Below, in pieces: positions 19,566-28,499 of a stretch of 56,680 nucleotides of DNA. Source of the stretch: a virus (taxonomy: Duplodnaviria; Caudoviricetes); IMG/VR virus record IMGVR_UViG_3300032893_000055, positions 1 through 56,680 of that record; one strand, 5' to 3'. Both the position numbers and the translations under genes were made by a program. Numbering within the stretch: the first letter of the stretch is position 1; every line of letters starts with the position of its first letter. The notes under the pieces are model-generated. The model ran no database searches, was not told the origin of the DNA, and saw nothing but the letters and a program-made list of their open reading frames with translations.

Positions 19566-20009
19566 TTATCCTACCTTTATATTTAGTAATAATTTTTCGA
19601 GTTCAGACATTTCAGTAATCATGTTTATTAACAAATCGTAACAATGTTTAATACCAGTTTCATAACTTTTATTAGCATAAGCAGCAGCATAAGCAGCAGA
19701 ATAACCAGCAGCAGCATTAGCAGCATAACTAGCAGCATAAGCAGCATTAGCAGGAGCATAACCAGCAGGAGCATAACCAGCATAACCAGTAGCATAAGCA
19801 GCATTAGCAGCTTGTTTTAATTCGTTTTTACTTACAGGTTTGCCGTCTAGCCATTGTTTAACTAAGTCTAAACACTTAACTGACTCAGGCTTAGGGTTAG
19901 GGACTAAGGAGTTAGCATAACGCGCACACTCATAAGCGTATTTAACATAAAACTTATGGCTAAATTCGTTATTATATAATATATGTTTGATTTGGTCGTA
20001 GTGGTTCAT
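19566..20009 (-). CDS. Imm-5-like Ala-tract family protein, copy B
   Basis: MNHYDQIK..YAYECARYA..CLDLVKQWLDGK..Ala tract..MSELEKLLL; start at 20009 by alignment with other copies (GGAG RBS). Confidence 0.85.
   Translation of the reverse strand: MNHYDQIKHILYNNEFSHKFYVKYAYECARYANSLVPNPKPESVKCLDLVKQWLDGKPVSKNELKQAANAAYATGYAGYAPAGYAPANAAYAASYAANAAAGYSAAYAAAYANKSYETGIKHCYDLLINMITEMSELEKLLLNIKVG
19671..19811 (-). repeat. Low-complexity tract (47 NNT codons) in copy B
   Basis: Every codon ends in T; includes CCT and TCT variants. Confidence 0.95.
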
Positions 20010-20010
20010 T

Positions 20011-20313
20011 TTAACTCCAAACCGCATATTTATCGGCGTATTCTTCTATCTTTTTTTGTAGTAGTTTCCTAAGTTTTTCTTTACCAAGCCCAGCTACGGC
20101 AGCTACTACAACATCAGAATTAGATGAAAGTTTTACATGTGAGCCGTTAATATAAATTTCTGTTACGGTTAAAGTTGTTAAATCAAAATTTATTTCATCT
20201 TCTTCCATATCCCAGCTAGGCGTGTTACGCATGTTATATGATTTAACATTAAATTCTATAGTTCCTGAGATTTCTATTTCATTTAGTTTTAGGTTTTCGA
20301 ATTCGTAAATCAT
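20011..20313 (-). CDS. Hypothetical protein
   Basis: 100 aa, acidic. Confidence 0.6.
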   Translation of the reverse strand: MIYEFENLKLNEIEISGTIEFNVKSYNMRNTPSWDMEEDEINFDLTTLTVTEIYINGSHVKLSSNSDVVVAAVAGLGKEKLRKLLQKKIEEYADKYAVWS

Positions 20314-20321
20314 ATGTCCAC

Positions 20322-20795
20322 CTAAAAATACTGTACCATTGATTTAGGTAGATTAGCTAGTTTATTATTTAATGTGTCTATGCTTGGGACACCTAGTAAG
20401 TCTCGTTCTACTTCTGATAAAGTTTGTATCAAATTGATTAATTCTTGTACTAGTTCTACATATGCTATCTCTAGGTTCATAACGTATTCTGCGGCGTATT
20501 GAGTAAAAGTTTTTATAAGAAACACGTTATCAGTATCAATAACTTCCATTGTACACCTGAGTGCTCCATGGACATGAACTACTGGGTATAAGTTAGGGGT
20601 ATAAGTAATAATAAAGTTTACAATCGGTGTCTGAGTTTTATTCGTTTCTAAATAAGTTTTAATATAATTTAAGCTTTGTGTAACATTATTATCATTTAGG
20701 CCTGATAAATCAATTGCTTTTTTACAACAAATATATCCGTATTCTACATAAAATCTTTTGCTAAAATCATAAGTATGTAATATTTCTTGTATCAT
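20322..20795 (-). CDS. Diverged Imm-5-like family member (no Ala tract)
   Basis: ILHTYDFSKRFYVEYGYIC ~ ILYNNEFSHKFYVKYAYEC; LINLIQTLSEVERDLL ~ LINMITEMSELEKLLL. Confidence 0.6.
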   Translation of the reverse strand: MIQEILHTYDFSKRFYVEYGYICCKKAIDLSGLNDNNVTQSLNYIKTYLETNKTQTPIVNFIITYTPNLYPVVHVHGALRCTMEVIDTDNVFLIKTFTQYAAEYVMNLEIAYVELVQELINLIQTLSEVERDLLGVPSIDTLNNKLANLPKSMVQYF

Positions 20796-21067
20796 AAATA
20801 TTTATTGATTTTTGAACAATCTTCTTTTACTAGTCGTTTATCGTTGTCTGAACTTATAACTAAACAAGTCGAATACGTTTTACAATCGAATGAATGATTT
20901 ATATTCAAAGGGAATTCGTATTTAGGAAGTTCACAAACTATTGAATTTCTTGGTATTAATTCTACAATATCAGATGTAAGTATATCAAAATGATATTGAA
21001 CAACGCATGTTGTTTGATTTATCGCAGTCATAAAGCATAATAAATTAGATAACAATAATGTTATCAT
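20792..21067 (-). CDS. Small Cys-rich, possibly exported protein
   Basis: Hydrophobic N-terminus, six Cys. Confidence 0.5.
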   Translation of the reverse strand: MITLLLSNLLCFMTAINQTTCVVQYHFDILTSDIVELIPRNSIVCELPKYEFPLNINHSFDCKTYSTCLVISSDNDKRLVKEDCSKINKYL

Positions 21068-21070
21068 TCA

Positions 21071-21517
21071 TCACACCTTTATATTTAGTAATAATTTTTC
21101 GAGTTCAGACATTTCAGTAATCATGTTTATTAATATATCGTAACAATGTTTAATACCAGTTTCATAACTTTTATTAGCATCAGCATAAGCATCAGCAGCA
21201 TCAGCAGCAGCATTAGCAGCAGCAGCATAAGCATTAGCAGCAGCATTAGCAGCATAACTAGCAGCATCAGCAGCATTAGCAGCAGCATAATCAGCAGCAG
21301 CATAACCAGCATAAGCAGCAAGTTCTAATTCGTTTTTACTTACAGGTTTGCCGTCTAGCCATTGTTTAACTAAGTCTAAACATTTAACTGCCTGAGACTT
21401 AGGGTTAGGAACTAGGGAGTTAGCGTACATAGCACACTCATAAGCGTATTTGACTAAGAACTTATGGCTAAACTCGTTATTATATAAAATATATTTGATT
21501 TGGTCATAATGGTTCAT
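21071..21517 (-). CDS. Imm-5-like Ala-tract family protein, copy C
   Basis: Flanks near-identical to copies A, B and D; ATGA overlap with the vWA gene. Confidence 0.85.
   Translation of the reverse strand: MNHYDQIKYILYNNEFSHKFLVKYAYECAMYANSLVPNPKSQAVKCLDLVKQWLDGKPVSKNELELAAYAGYAAADYAAANAADAASYAANAAANAYAAAANAAADAADAYADANKSYETGIKHCYDILINMITEMSELEKLLLNIKV
21173..21319 (-). repeat. Low-complexity tract (49 NNT codons) in copy C
   Basis: Every codon ends in T; GAT-rich variant. Confidence 0.95.
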
Positions 21518-22659
21518 TTTCTATTAACTTCTATTTTAATAGAAGTTCCCCAACTAGCAGGCGGGTTTTGTTTGCCAACGATAGCCCATAACACCGGGTA
21601 TTTAGGTTTTTTAAGTGTTTCATGGTCGTAGTTATCCATATCCCCAAAGTATATCACACCGTCTACATCAGTTTCATTAGAAAAATAATCTAATGCAGGT
21701 TGATACGCTGTTCCTCCTCGTCCTTTTATTTTATATTGCTTTTTAGTATCGAATATATAACTGTTTTTAACTTCAGTATCAGCTTCTACAACTGTAACTA
21801 ATGCATGTTTAGCTATATTAGCTATTTCTGCCATAAATTGAGACAATTCTTCGTCTGAAATACTACCCGACGTATCGACAGCGACTCCTATATGGAGTTC
21901 TTCGCGTTTAATCACTCCGGGATGCAATATTCCGTAACGGCGGTTACGTCGTTTTTTCGAAGTATCTATTTGAATATTCAAGGATTTAGCTACGAATCTA
22001 CGTAAATCTGTTTTCCAGTCTTTGGGCTTGTAATTAAGTCGTTCTACTAATACTTCGTGGTCATTAGTCATTTTACCGGCTTGACGAGTTTTTTCAGCAG
22101 CTTTGTTAACAAGTTTTCTGATTTTCTCTTTAAGTTCCTCGTTTGATCCGTCGCTATCGATCCATAATTTGTGTCCGTCGAAATCAATCATTTGTTTGAG
22201 TTTATCGTTGTTTTTAAGCTGTTCGGCGTAATACTCCATAGTTTCGCCAGGTTTAAGGCCGAATTTCTCAGGAAGCATGCCGAATTCAGGTATATGTTTA
22301 ATCCCTGAGTTAATCGCGCAATCAGCCGCTATATTAAGACTTTGAAATTTTAAGTTGTTTATAATAGCATCAGCAACGTCTTTAGACTCGTTGTTATAAA
22401 CTTCAGGCGCTAAGTCTTTAAACCTGTTTATATGGTTGTTAAGTATGTGTTGACATTCATGTTTAAGAATAGCTATTTGTTCGTCTTGAGTTAAACTTTC
22501 GAAAAATTTAGGGTTTATATGTAATTGTACGTTAGACTTAATACACACGCCAGCTGTAGGGATTTTATCAGTTATGATTCTATCCATATGAATAAGAAGC
22601 TCAGCATAAAACCGTTCTTCGTTAAACAATCTAACTATGGCGTGTGTAAGTTTATCCAT
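21514..22659 (-). CDS. Metallopeptidase-like + vWA domain protein (DUF2201 type)
   Basis: HECQH (HExxH), NIAADCAIN, MIDAS DTSGS, GRGGT, YFGD. Confidence 0.85.
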   Translation of the reverse strand: MDKLTHAIVRLFNEERFYAELLIHMDRIITDKIPTAGVCIKSNVQLHINPKFFESLTQDEQIAILKHECQHILNNHINRFKDLAPEVYNNESKDVADAIINNLKFQSLNIAADCAINSGIKHIPEFGMLPEKFGLKPGETMEYYAEQLKNNDKLKQMIDFDGHKLWIDSDGSNEELKEKIRKLVNKAAEKTRQAGKMTNDHEVLVERLNYKPKDWKTDLRRFVAKSLNIQIDTSKKRRNRRYGILHPGVIKREELHIGVAVDTSGSISDEELSQFMAEIANIAKHALVTVVEADTEVKNSYIFDTKKQYKIKGRGGTAYQPALDYFSNETDVDGVIYFGDMDNYDHETLKKPKYPVLWAIVGKQNPPASWGTSIKIEVNRK

Positions 22660-23761
22660 TTGTTAGGCCTTTAGCTGATCTAGTAATAACTAGAAGTTTA
22701 GGTTCGTAGTCTGGAGACCTAATAAAGTTTTTAAACAATTTAAGGTCTTCTGCTAACAACTTTTTAAGCAATGGGTAAGCTGTATCTTTAGGTAAAACTT
22801 CTATGAATTTCATGAAATTGTCAGATTCTTCTTTAGTCAAATTCTCAGTTTCTTTAGACTTAGCTACCAATAAACTAAACACATTATCACAAGTACCTGA
22901 CACTAGGCTTGCTTTAATGTCTATAGGATTAGACCATTTTTCTACCAGGTTAAGTCTTTGGCCTAGTAGCACTTCTTCGCCTGTTAAAACTTTTTCTTGG
23001 CTTTGTAAATGAAGTTTGTATGCTACAAGTCTTTCAATGCCTATAATACCTTGCATAAGCTGTTCTAACAAGTTCATAGGCGTTTTGACGTTAAACAGTT
23101 TGTTTACCCGCTCATACGAACGTCTGTCTACTTTAACGGGTAAAGTAAACGTCGATTTAGCGTCTTCCAAAAGATCAGGTTGTTCTTGGATAAAAGATAC
23201 TAATGAGGATTCGAATTTATTAGACTGCGCATAAGTAACCCATTCCTGGAATGTTGGCTCAAGCTTAATATGGCAAAACCTAGCCATAAGCGCAGTCTCA
23301 TTAACGTCAGTTACATAGTATTCTTCTGTAGGCGGATTACCCGCTGCTACTATGTAGCAGTTCTTAGGGAACTTAAGTGTATGAAATGTTTTATCTAAAG
23401 CTAAAGAAAACATACCATTTAGAATATCTCGTCTAGCGCGGTTAAATTCGTCTAAAAATATTACTGCGCCTGATTCAGGATTTTCATTACAAAAATCGAT
23501 CATGTTTTTGATCCATTCAGGCGGTGCAAAATGAGTAGCAATTTCTGATCCTTTAGAATCTTTGACAAAACTAGCTAGCCCTAATATATCGCCTAAATCG
23601 CTTTGTGTGCCTAAATAAAAAGGGAAGAACTTGTATCCCTTCGATTCGGCGTATTGTTTAACGATTGTAGACTTACCTATTCCGGCATGGCCCCAAATAA
23701 ATGGCGTGATTTCTGCCTTAAACAGGTATTCTAAACTAGCTTGTAGATCTTTTATATTCAT
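22652..23761 (-). CDS. MoxR-like AAA+ ATPase
   Basis: Walker A GHAGIGKS, Walker B VIFLDEFNRA, sensor AAGNP, ALMARF; paired with the vWA gene. Confidence 0.85.
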   Translation of the reverse strand: MNIKDLQASLEYLFKAEITPFIWGHAGIGKSTIVKQYAESKGYKFFPFYLGTQSDLGDILGLASFVKDSKGSEIATHFAPPEWIKNMIDFCNENPESGAVIFLDEFNRARRDILNGMFSLALDKTFHTLKFPKNCYIVAAGNPPTEEYYVTDVNETALMARFCHIKLEPTFQEWVTYAQSNKFESSLVSFIQEQPDLLEDAKSTFTLPVKVDRRSYERVNKLFNVKTPMNLLEQLMQGIIGIERLVAYKLHLQSQEKVLTGEEVLLGQRLNLVEKWSNPIDIKASLVSGTCDNVFSLLVAKSKETENLTKEESDNFMKFIEVLPKDTAYPLLKKLLAEDLKLFKNFIRSPDYEPKLLVITRSAKGLTNG

Positions 23762-23777
23762 ATATCCTCCTTATATG

Positions 23778-23806
23778 AAGTTAACTCATGTTTGATTAAG
23801 TTTCAA
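23778..23806 (-). promoter_or_regulatory. Candidate sigma70-type promoter for the AAA-vWA operon
   Basis: TTGAAA-17 nt-TAACTT, AT-rich upstream, followed by AAGGAGGATAT-ATG. Confidence 0.55.
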
Positions 23807-23824
23807 ATTATTTCTTTTTATGTC

Positions 23825-24112
23825 TCAGACAGGGAAATCAACGCTTTTTAGCGTATCCCAAAAATCCGTATCTAATAATTCTAATTCAATTTCTTTTAAA
23901 TCGTATTGATACTGAATATATTGCTTAAACACAATTTGTTCTTTTTCAATAGTTTTTTTAATATATTCACTACTTCGAGTAACGAAAAATTGATAACTGA
24001 TATAAAAATTTTGTATATGGTCTTTATATCTAAATTGAACCTTATAAGCATCTGCATGATAATACTTGAGAATGTCGCATGTTATCTCATTTTTCATCGA
24101 GTTTTTCAACAC
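23825..24112 (-). CDS. Hypothetical protein
   Basis: 95 aa ORF (start may be 24097). Confidence 0.55.
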   Translation of the reverse strand: MLKNSMKNEITCDILKYYHADAYKVQFRYKDHIQNFYISYQFFVTRSSEYIKKTIEKEQIVFKQYIQYQYDLKEIELELLDTDFWDTLKSVDFPV

Positions 24113-24416
24113 TGGCTTGTGTGCTGAATCCTTCGGGATATCTAGTTCTAAGTTTATTAACGTTTAATGTCTCGATTTCTTTCATATCTGTGTCTAATGC
24201 AATACATAATACTTCCATATACCAACGCACATCGCCCAGTTCTTTTAAAAACTTATCCCTGTCGAATTTAACGCCATGATATAAATACTTTTTAACGCAA
24301 TCGGCTACTTCACCGGATTCCCCAGCAAGTCCTAGACTTCCCATTGTAATATATTGGTTTTCAGGTACGTGCCCAGCGATTGTTCTTTTTACTTCATTTC
24401 TGTAATTCATATCCAT
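24087..24416 (-). CDS. MazG-like NTP pyrophosphohydrolase
   Basis: LGLAGESGEVADCVKK..KELGDVRWY..NVNKLRTRYPEGF. Confidence 0.9.
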   Translation of the reverse strand: MDMNYRNEVKRTIAGHVPENQYITMGSLGLAGESGEVADCVKKYLYHGVKFDRDKFLKELGDVRWYMEVLCIALDTDMKEIETLNVNKLRTRYPEGFSTQASVEKLDEK

Positions 24417-25033
24417 CCTTTTGCTTTAGAAATATTAGGAAACTGCGTAATAAAAATTTGTTTAATAGACTCAGCTATATTCATATGTTCTTTTTGAGTA
24501 CCGTTAGCAGACCTTAAATCAATATAATGTATCCAATTCCTTAAGTTACCTGTCATATAAATTTTAGTTTTTGTGTTAAGCGGTAACAACATCCTAGCTT
24601 GTTCTTTGGCTATTCCTCTAGAAATAGCTTCTTTATAACTGGATATGCTGGTATTCCATATTTTTTCTTGAGCAGTTTTAAACCAGAGTTTGTCAGCTAG
24701 ATTCATATCATCAATACTATTTTGTCTGTTTTTGGAATCCTGACGACGAGCTTCATAATATTCTATACTATCGTTTGAGATTTCTGCGTATCTTTGACTA
24801 AATTCTTGGAAAGTGAAACTCCTATGCCTTAAAATCTGAGTAGCTATAGCTCTACTAGTTTCGATTTCAATTGTCATACTAGCGTGCTCAAACACAGACC
24901 AATGTCCGTGTTTTATGCAATATCCTAAAAGTTTAGTACTTCCGCTAGTTTGATTGTCTGGATTAGAAACTCTAGCGATATACATAATCGTGTTTTCAGA
25001 ATTAGGAGTTACGCTCACTAGCTTCGTATTCAT
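24407..25033 (-). CDS. thyX: FAD-dependent thymidylate synthase
   Basis: HGHWSVFEH, QILRHRSFTFQEFSQRY, AKEQARMLLP; start at the ATGA overlap (25033). Confidence 0.95.
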   Translation of the reverse strand: MNTKLVSVTPNSENTIMYIARVSNPDNQTSGSTKLLGYCIKHGHWSVFEHASMTIEIETSRAIATQILRHRSFTFQEFSQRYAEISNDSIEYYEARRQDSKNRQNSIDDMNLADKLWFKTAQEKIWNTSISSYKEAISRGIAKEQARMLLPLNTKTKIYMTGNLRNWIHYIDLRSANGTQKEHMNIAESIKQIFITQFPNISKAKGWI

Positions 25034-26640
25034 AATCCGCAGACGCCTCCGACACATTCATGTTCTTTTTCTTCAAAAACCGTGCCTTCGTTAGCCAAAG
25101 CTTCTTTTAGATCACATTTTGTTAAAGGTTGGCCGCCTCGGCATCCGTCTGGATAAACTGTAAACCCTCGCAATCGTTTAGCATATTTTAAAAGAATGTT
25201 ACTATATTTTTCAACTGTTTGTTCATTGTTTTTATCACTGCCCCACGGGGGCATATTACATGTCGAACTTATAGCCATATCAACGTAGTTTTGTACATCG
25301 GCTTGAAATTTGACTCTTTGTTTAAAATCTAAGTCATAACTATCTTGAATATGATCGACGTTAATACCTTGGTCTAGCATACGTTTTACTGAGCCATCTA
25401 CAACATATTGGTGTAGCCATTTGCCTTCTTTAAAATACCGGCGTAAATAAGACTTACAAAACAATGGCTCTATGCCTGTAGTAGTCTCGGCTATAATACC
25501 TATCGTTCCTGTGGGTGCTATAGCCCTAACACCTTTAGGAACGGCTACATTAAGTTGTTTAGCACCTACGAAGGCTGCACCGTCAGATTCTTGTTCGTAT
25601 ACTGCAAGCCATTTATGGAGTTCTGGAGCCACTACATATTCGTATCCTCGTTGCATTAGCCACTCGTGAATACCGCCTAATCCTAATCCAATACGATTGT
25701 TTTTAAGTCCTATGTCTTTGATTTTTTGAGTAGGCACGTCTGAATAAATACTTCCGCATAATAAAAACAACGTAGATAGTTTAACGGCTTCGGCGAATTC
25801 TTTACGTTCTCTAAACCTGTTAATCCATACTGTGCCGAGATTACATTTATCGCTGTCATCTTCACTAGTTACTTCTGTGCATGCATTCCTTAGGTTTTCA
25901 TTGTCTTTCATGAAATTAAAAGCCATACCGGGTTCAGCAGTACTAAACGCTTGTTTACAATTCTCAAGCCATACTCGTTTAGCTAATTCGTGTTTAGGAT
26001 GAGTTTCATCTTCTATAGCAATAAAAAATTCTGTATTATAGTCTACAGAAATATTAGTAAGTTCCATAGGTAACGCAAACGTCAGATTTTTTTCTTTAAT
26101 ACTTTTAAGCTCAGGCGAATGGTCTTTAACGTGCATGAATTTGAAGATATCTGCATGATCCCAACCTAAACTTGCATATATAGCTGACCGTCTTTGGCCG
26201 CCTTGCATTACATACCTGCCCGCCTCGTTAATCATGTTCATCAACGCAATAGGTCCTGTAGACATGCCTCCTGTACGGTTGATTTTAGCGCCTTCAGGAC
26301 GTAAGTTATTGTAGTTAAATCCTATACCGCCGCCTGTCATAAGCGCAGATACAGCTTTGTTTACGGCATCTGCCCAGCCTTCCCTTGAATCCTCAGCCCT
26401 AAATAAAAAGCAGTTGTTTACTTGGTGATAAGGTCTACCCGCTGCGTATAAATACCTGCCCCCCGGTATAAATTTACGTTCTACCATAAGTTTTAATATT
26501 TTTTCTTTTGTTTTTGAGTCTAAAAGCTGGCCACAAACTGCTGTAACTACGCGTAAACATGTGTCTTCCCATGATTCTTGGCCATCTAGGCTATATTTTT
26601 GTTTAAAAACTGTTTCTGCGAATGGAGTTGTAAATTTCAT
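25030..26640 (-). CDS. nrdJ: Ribonucleotide reductase, probably class II (B12-dependent)
   Basis: FIPGGR, NNCF, NACTE (NxCxE), CNLG, APTGT, C-terminal CxxxxC; no small-subunit gene in the genome. Confidence 0.8.
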   Translation of the reverse strand: MKFTTPFAETVFKQKYSLDGQESWEDTCLRVVTAVCGQLLDSKTKEKILKLMVERKFIPGGRYLYAAGRPYHQVNNCFLFRAEDSREGWADAVNKAVSALMTGGGIGFNYNNLRPEGAKINRTGGMSTGPIALMNMINEAGRYVMQGGQRRSAIYASLGWDHADIFKFMHVKDHSPELKSIKEKNLTFALPMELTNISVDYNTEFFIAIEDETHPKHELAKRVWLENCKQAFSTAEPGMAFNFMKDNENLRNACTEVTSEDDSDKCNLGTVWINRFRERKEFAEAVKLSTLFLLCGSIYSDVPTQKIKDIGLKNNRIGLGLGGIHEWLMQRGYEYVVAPELHKWLAVYEQESDGAAFVGAKQLNVAVPKGVRAIAPTGTIGIIAETTTGIEPLFCKSYLRRYFKEGKWLHQYVVDGSVKRMLDQGINVDHIQDSYDLDFKQRVKFQADVQNYVDMAISSTCNMPPWGSDKNNEQTVEKYSNILLKYAKRLRGFTVYPDGCRGGQPLTKCDLKEALANEGTVFEEKEHECVGGVCGL

Positions 26641-26641
26641 T

Positions 26642-27076
26642 TTATATCCTTATATCTAATAAAAGTTTTTCGAGTTCAGACATTTCGTTAATTATTTGTA
26701 ATAATAAATCGTAGCACTTCGCTATGCAATGGTTCCGATTTTGTTGTCCTTCAAAAGACACAATGTATGATATATTGTATAACGCGCTTATGGCTGCTCT
26801 GTTTGCATTCTGTGGGCACACAACGGCGTAAGCTATATTAAACGTATAAGCTTCACCAATTATTGTTTGGTATGCGATTTCTTCTAATTTATCCATATCT
26901 ATTTGTTTATTATCTAGCCACAATTTAACTAGGTTTAAAGCTATTTCTCTTATAGCATTATTTTTTGTTCTAAACATATTCACATATTCAGCACAATTGA
27001 GCATATATCGCACTAAAAGTTTAGGCGGTAAATCGTTAGATTCTATGATTCGTTCAGCTTCAGTTAAATAATCCAT
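26642..27076 (-). CDS. Diverged Imm-5-like family member
   Basis: LLVRYMLNCAEYV..LNLVKLWLD..KCYDLLLQIINEMSELEKLLLDI; start at the TAATG overlap. Confidence 0.75.
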   Translation of the reverse strand: MDYLTEAERIIESNDLPPKLLVRYMLNCAEYVNMFRTKNNAIREIALNLVKLWLDNKQIDMDKLEEIAYQTIIGEAYTFNIAYAVVCPQNANRAAISALYNISYIVSFEGQQNRNHCIAKCYDLLLQIINEMSELEKLLLDIRI

Positions 27077-27252
27077 TAGTTTAGTATAACACTCATGCCC
27101 CAAAAAAGCCCGAGCCAAATAAGAACGTTTATCATAAAAATAAAAGTTTTATACGAAAATACGCTTAATTGTCTCGTAAGTAATGATATTAACACTATTG
27201 ACAAACCTAATGCACCGGGGAGCATGGCTACGATTGCTAGAAGTTTAATCAT
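27076..27252 (-). CDS. Small two-TM membrane protein (58 aa, not in ORF track)
   Basis: MIKLLAIVAMLPGALGLSIVLISLL..FIFMINVLIWLGLFWGMSVILN*; coupled to both neighbours. Confidence 0.6.
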   Translation of the reverse strand: MIKLLAIVAMLPGALGLSIVLISLLTRQLSVFSYKTFIFMINVLIWLGLFWGMSVILN

Positions 27253-27586
27253 TTGTAATCCAATCTCGGCAGTCTGCTAGTTTACGACTTATAAAATCGA
27301 TATCGTTTAGTTGACGATTCCTAGGACTAGGATGAGGAAGTTTAAAATGTTGAATATTAAGTTTTGTAAGTCTAACAGAAGCTTTATTACCTAATGCTAT
27401 GATTTTACTAGTTTTATCTAAGTTAGACAATTCATTAGGCGAGCTATTAGTAAACGTTATTAAACTGGCCGTATCGAACACTGTCAGCCATTTACGTAAA
27501 ACAGTGTAACTTCTAGTGCCTAGAAATGGTACGTTTGGACTGATGTTCAATCGACTAGGTGTATCGCCTACAAATGTTAATTTCAT
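27245..27586 (-). CDS. Minimal uracil-DNA glycosylase superfamily protein
   Basis: FVGDTPS (motif A), PFLG.S...L..WL, IIALGNKA, LPHPSPRN (motif B). Confidence 0.7.
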   Translation of the reverse strand: MKLTFVGDTPSRLNISPNVPFLGTRSYTVLRKWLTVFDTASLITFTNSSPNELSNLDKTSKIIALGNKASVRLTKLNIQHFKLPHPSPRNRQLNDIDFISRKLADCRDWITND

Positions 27587-28063
27587 TCATCCTCCACTTT
27601 TTATTTTTATATTTAATAATAATTTTTCGAGTTCAGACATTTCAGTAATCATGTTTATTAACAAATCGTAACAATGTTTAATACCAGTTTTATAACTTTT
27701 ATTAACATAAGCAGCAGCATAACCAGCAGCATTAGCAGCAGCAGCAGCATTAGTAGCAGCATAAGCATAACTAGCAGCATTAGCAGCATAACCAGCAGCA
27801 GCAGCAGCATTAGCAGCAGCATAACTAGCAGCAGCATAACCAGTAGCATAAGCAGCATTAGCAGCTTGTTTTAATTCGTTATTACTTATATCCTTGCCGT
27901 CTAGCCATTGTTTAACTAGGTCTAAACATTTAACTGCCTCAGGCTTAGGGTTAGGGACTAAGGAGTTAGCATAACACGCACACTCATAAGCGTATTTGAC
28001 TAAGAACTTATGGCTAAATTCGTTATTATATAATATATGTTTGATTTGGCCGTAGTGGTTCAT
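27587..28063 (-). CDS. Imm-5-like Ala-tract family protein, copy D
   Basis: Flanks near-identical to A, B and C. Confidence 0.85.
   Translation of the reverse strand: MNHYGQIKHILYNNEFSHKFLVKYAYECACYANSLVPNPKPEAVKCLDLVKQWLDGKDISNNELKQAANAAYATGYAAASYAAANAAAAAGYAANAASYAYAATNAAAAANAAGYAAAYVNKSYKTGIKHCYDLLINMITEMSELEKLLLNIKIKSGG
27701..27865 (-). repeat. Low-complexity tract (55 NNT codons) in copy D
   Basis: Every codon ends in T. Confidence 0.95.
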
Positions 28064-28284
28064 GAATATTTACCTACGTATGTGGCTTTTGTATATAATC
28101 CTTTATCTGAGTTTATCCAACAAGTATGACGATATTTTTGTTGTGCAGGACAATCAGGGTTTAAAAATGATAAAAACAATTCATCGTTAATAGGATCATA
28201 CCAAACGTATTCTATACCGCGCTCTAGATCTAAGTGTTTGCAGCTTAATGAGTGTTTACAACTAACGTGTAACTGTTTATTCAT
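28060..28284 (-). CDS. Hypothetical protein
   Basis: Start at MNKQLHVSC behind GAGG, overlapping the upstream stop. Confidence 0.5.
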   Translation of the reverse strand: MNKQLHVSCKHSLSCKHLDLERGIEYVWYDPINDELFLSFLNPDCPAQQKYRHTCWINSDKGLYTKATYVGKYS

Positions 28285-28492
28285 CTTCGACCTCGACGAA
28301 ATTATAAATCCATTGTTTGTCTGGATCTCTATACAAGTTACCGAGAAACATCCAGTCCCTATACTCATTATCAGATAATCTAAGTTTAATTTTACATTTT
28401 TGACAAGTTAAAACTTGATTACTTATACCAAAAAAAATGGCTCTAGGTTCATGATCGCATAACAATTTTTCTAATTCAGTAGGTTTACTCAT
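28277..28492 (-). CDS. Hypothetical protein, possible Zn ribbon
   Basis: CDH...CQKC; start at MSKPTE. Confidence 0.5.
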   Translation of the reverse strand: MSKPTELEKLLCDHEPRAIFFGISNQVLTCQKCKIKLRLSDNEYRDWMFLGNLYRDPDKQWIYNFVEVEDE

Positions 28493-28499
28493 AATCACC

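Noticed and set aside
19671-27865. Diversity-generating retroelement (NNT codons resemble adenine-mutated AAT)
   Set aside because: No reverse transcriptase, no non-coding AAT-rich template repeat, and tracts differ by length and word order rather than by substitutions at fixed adenines.
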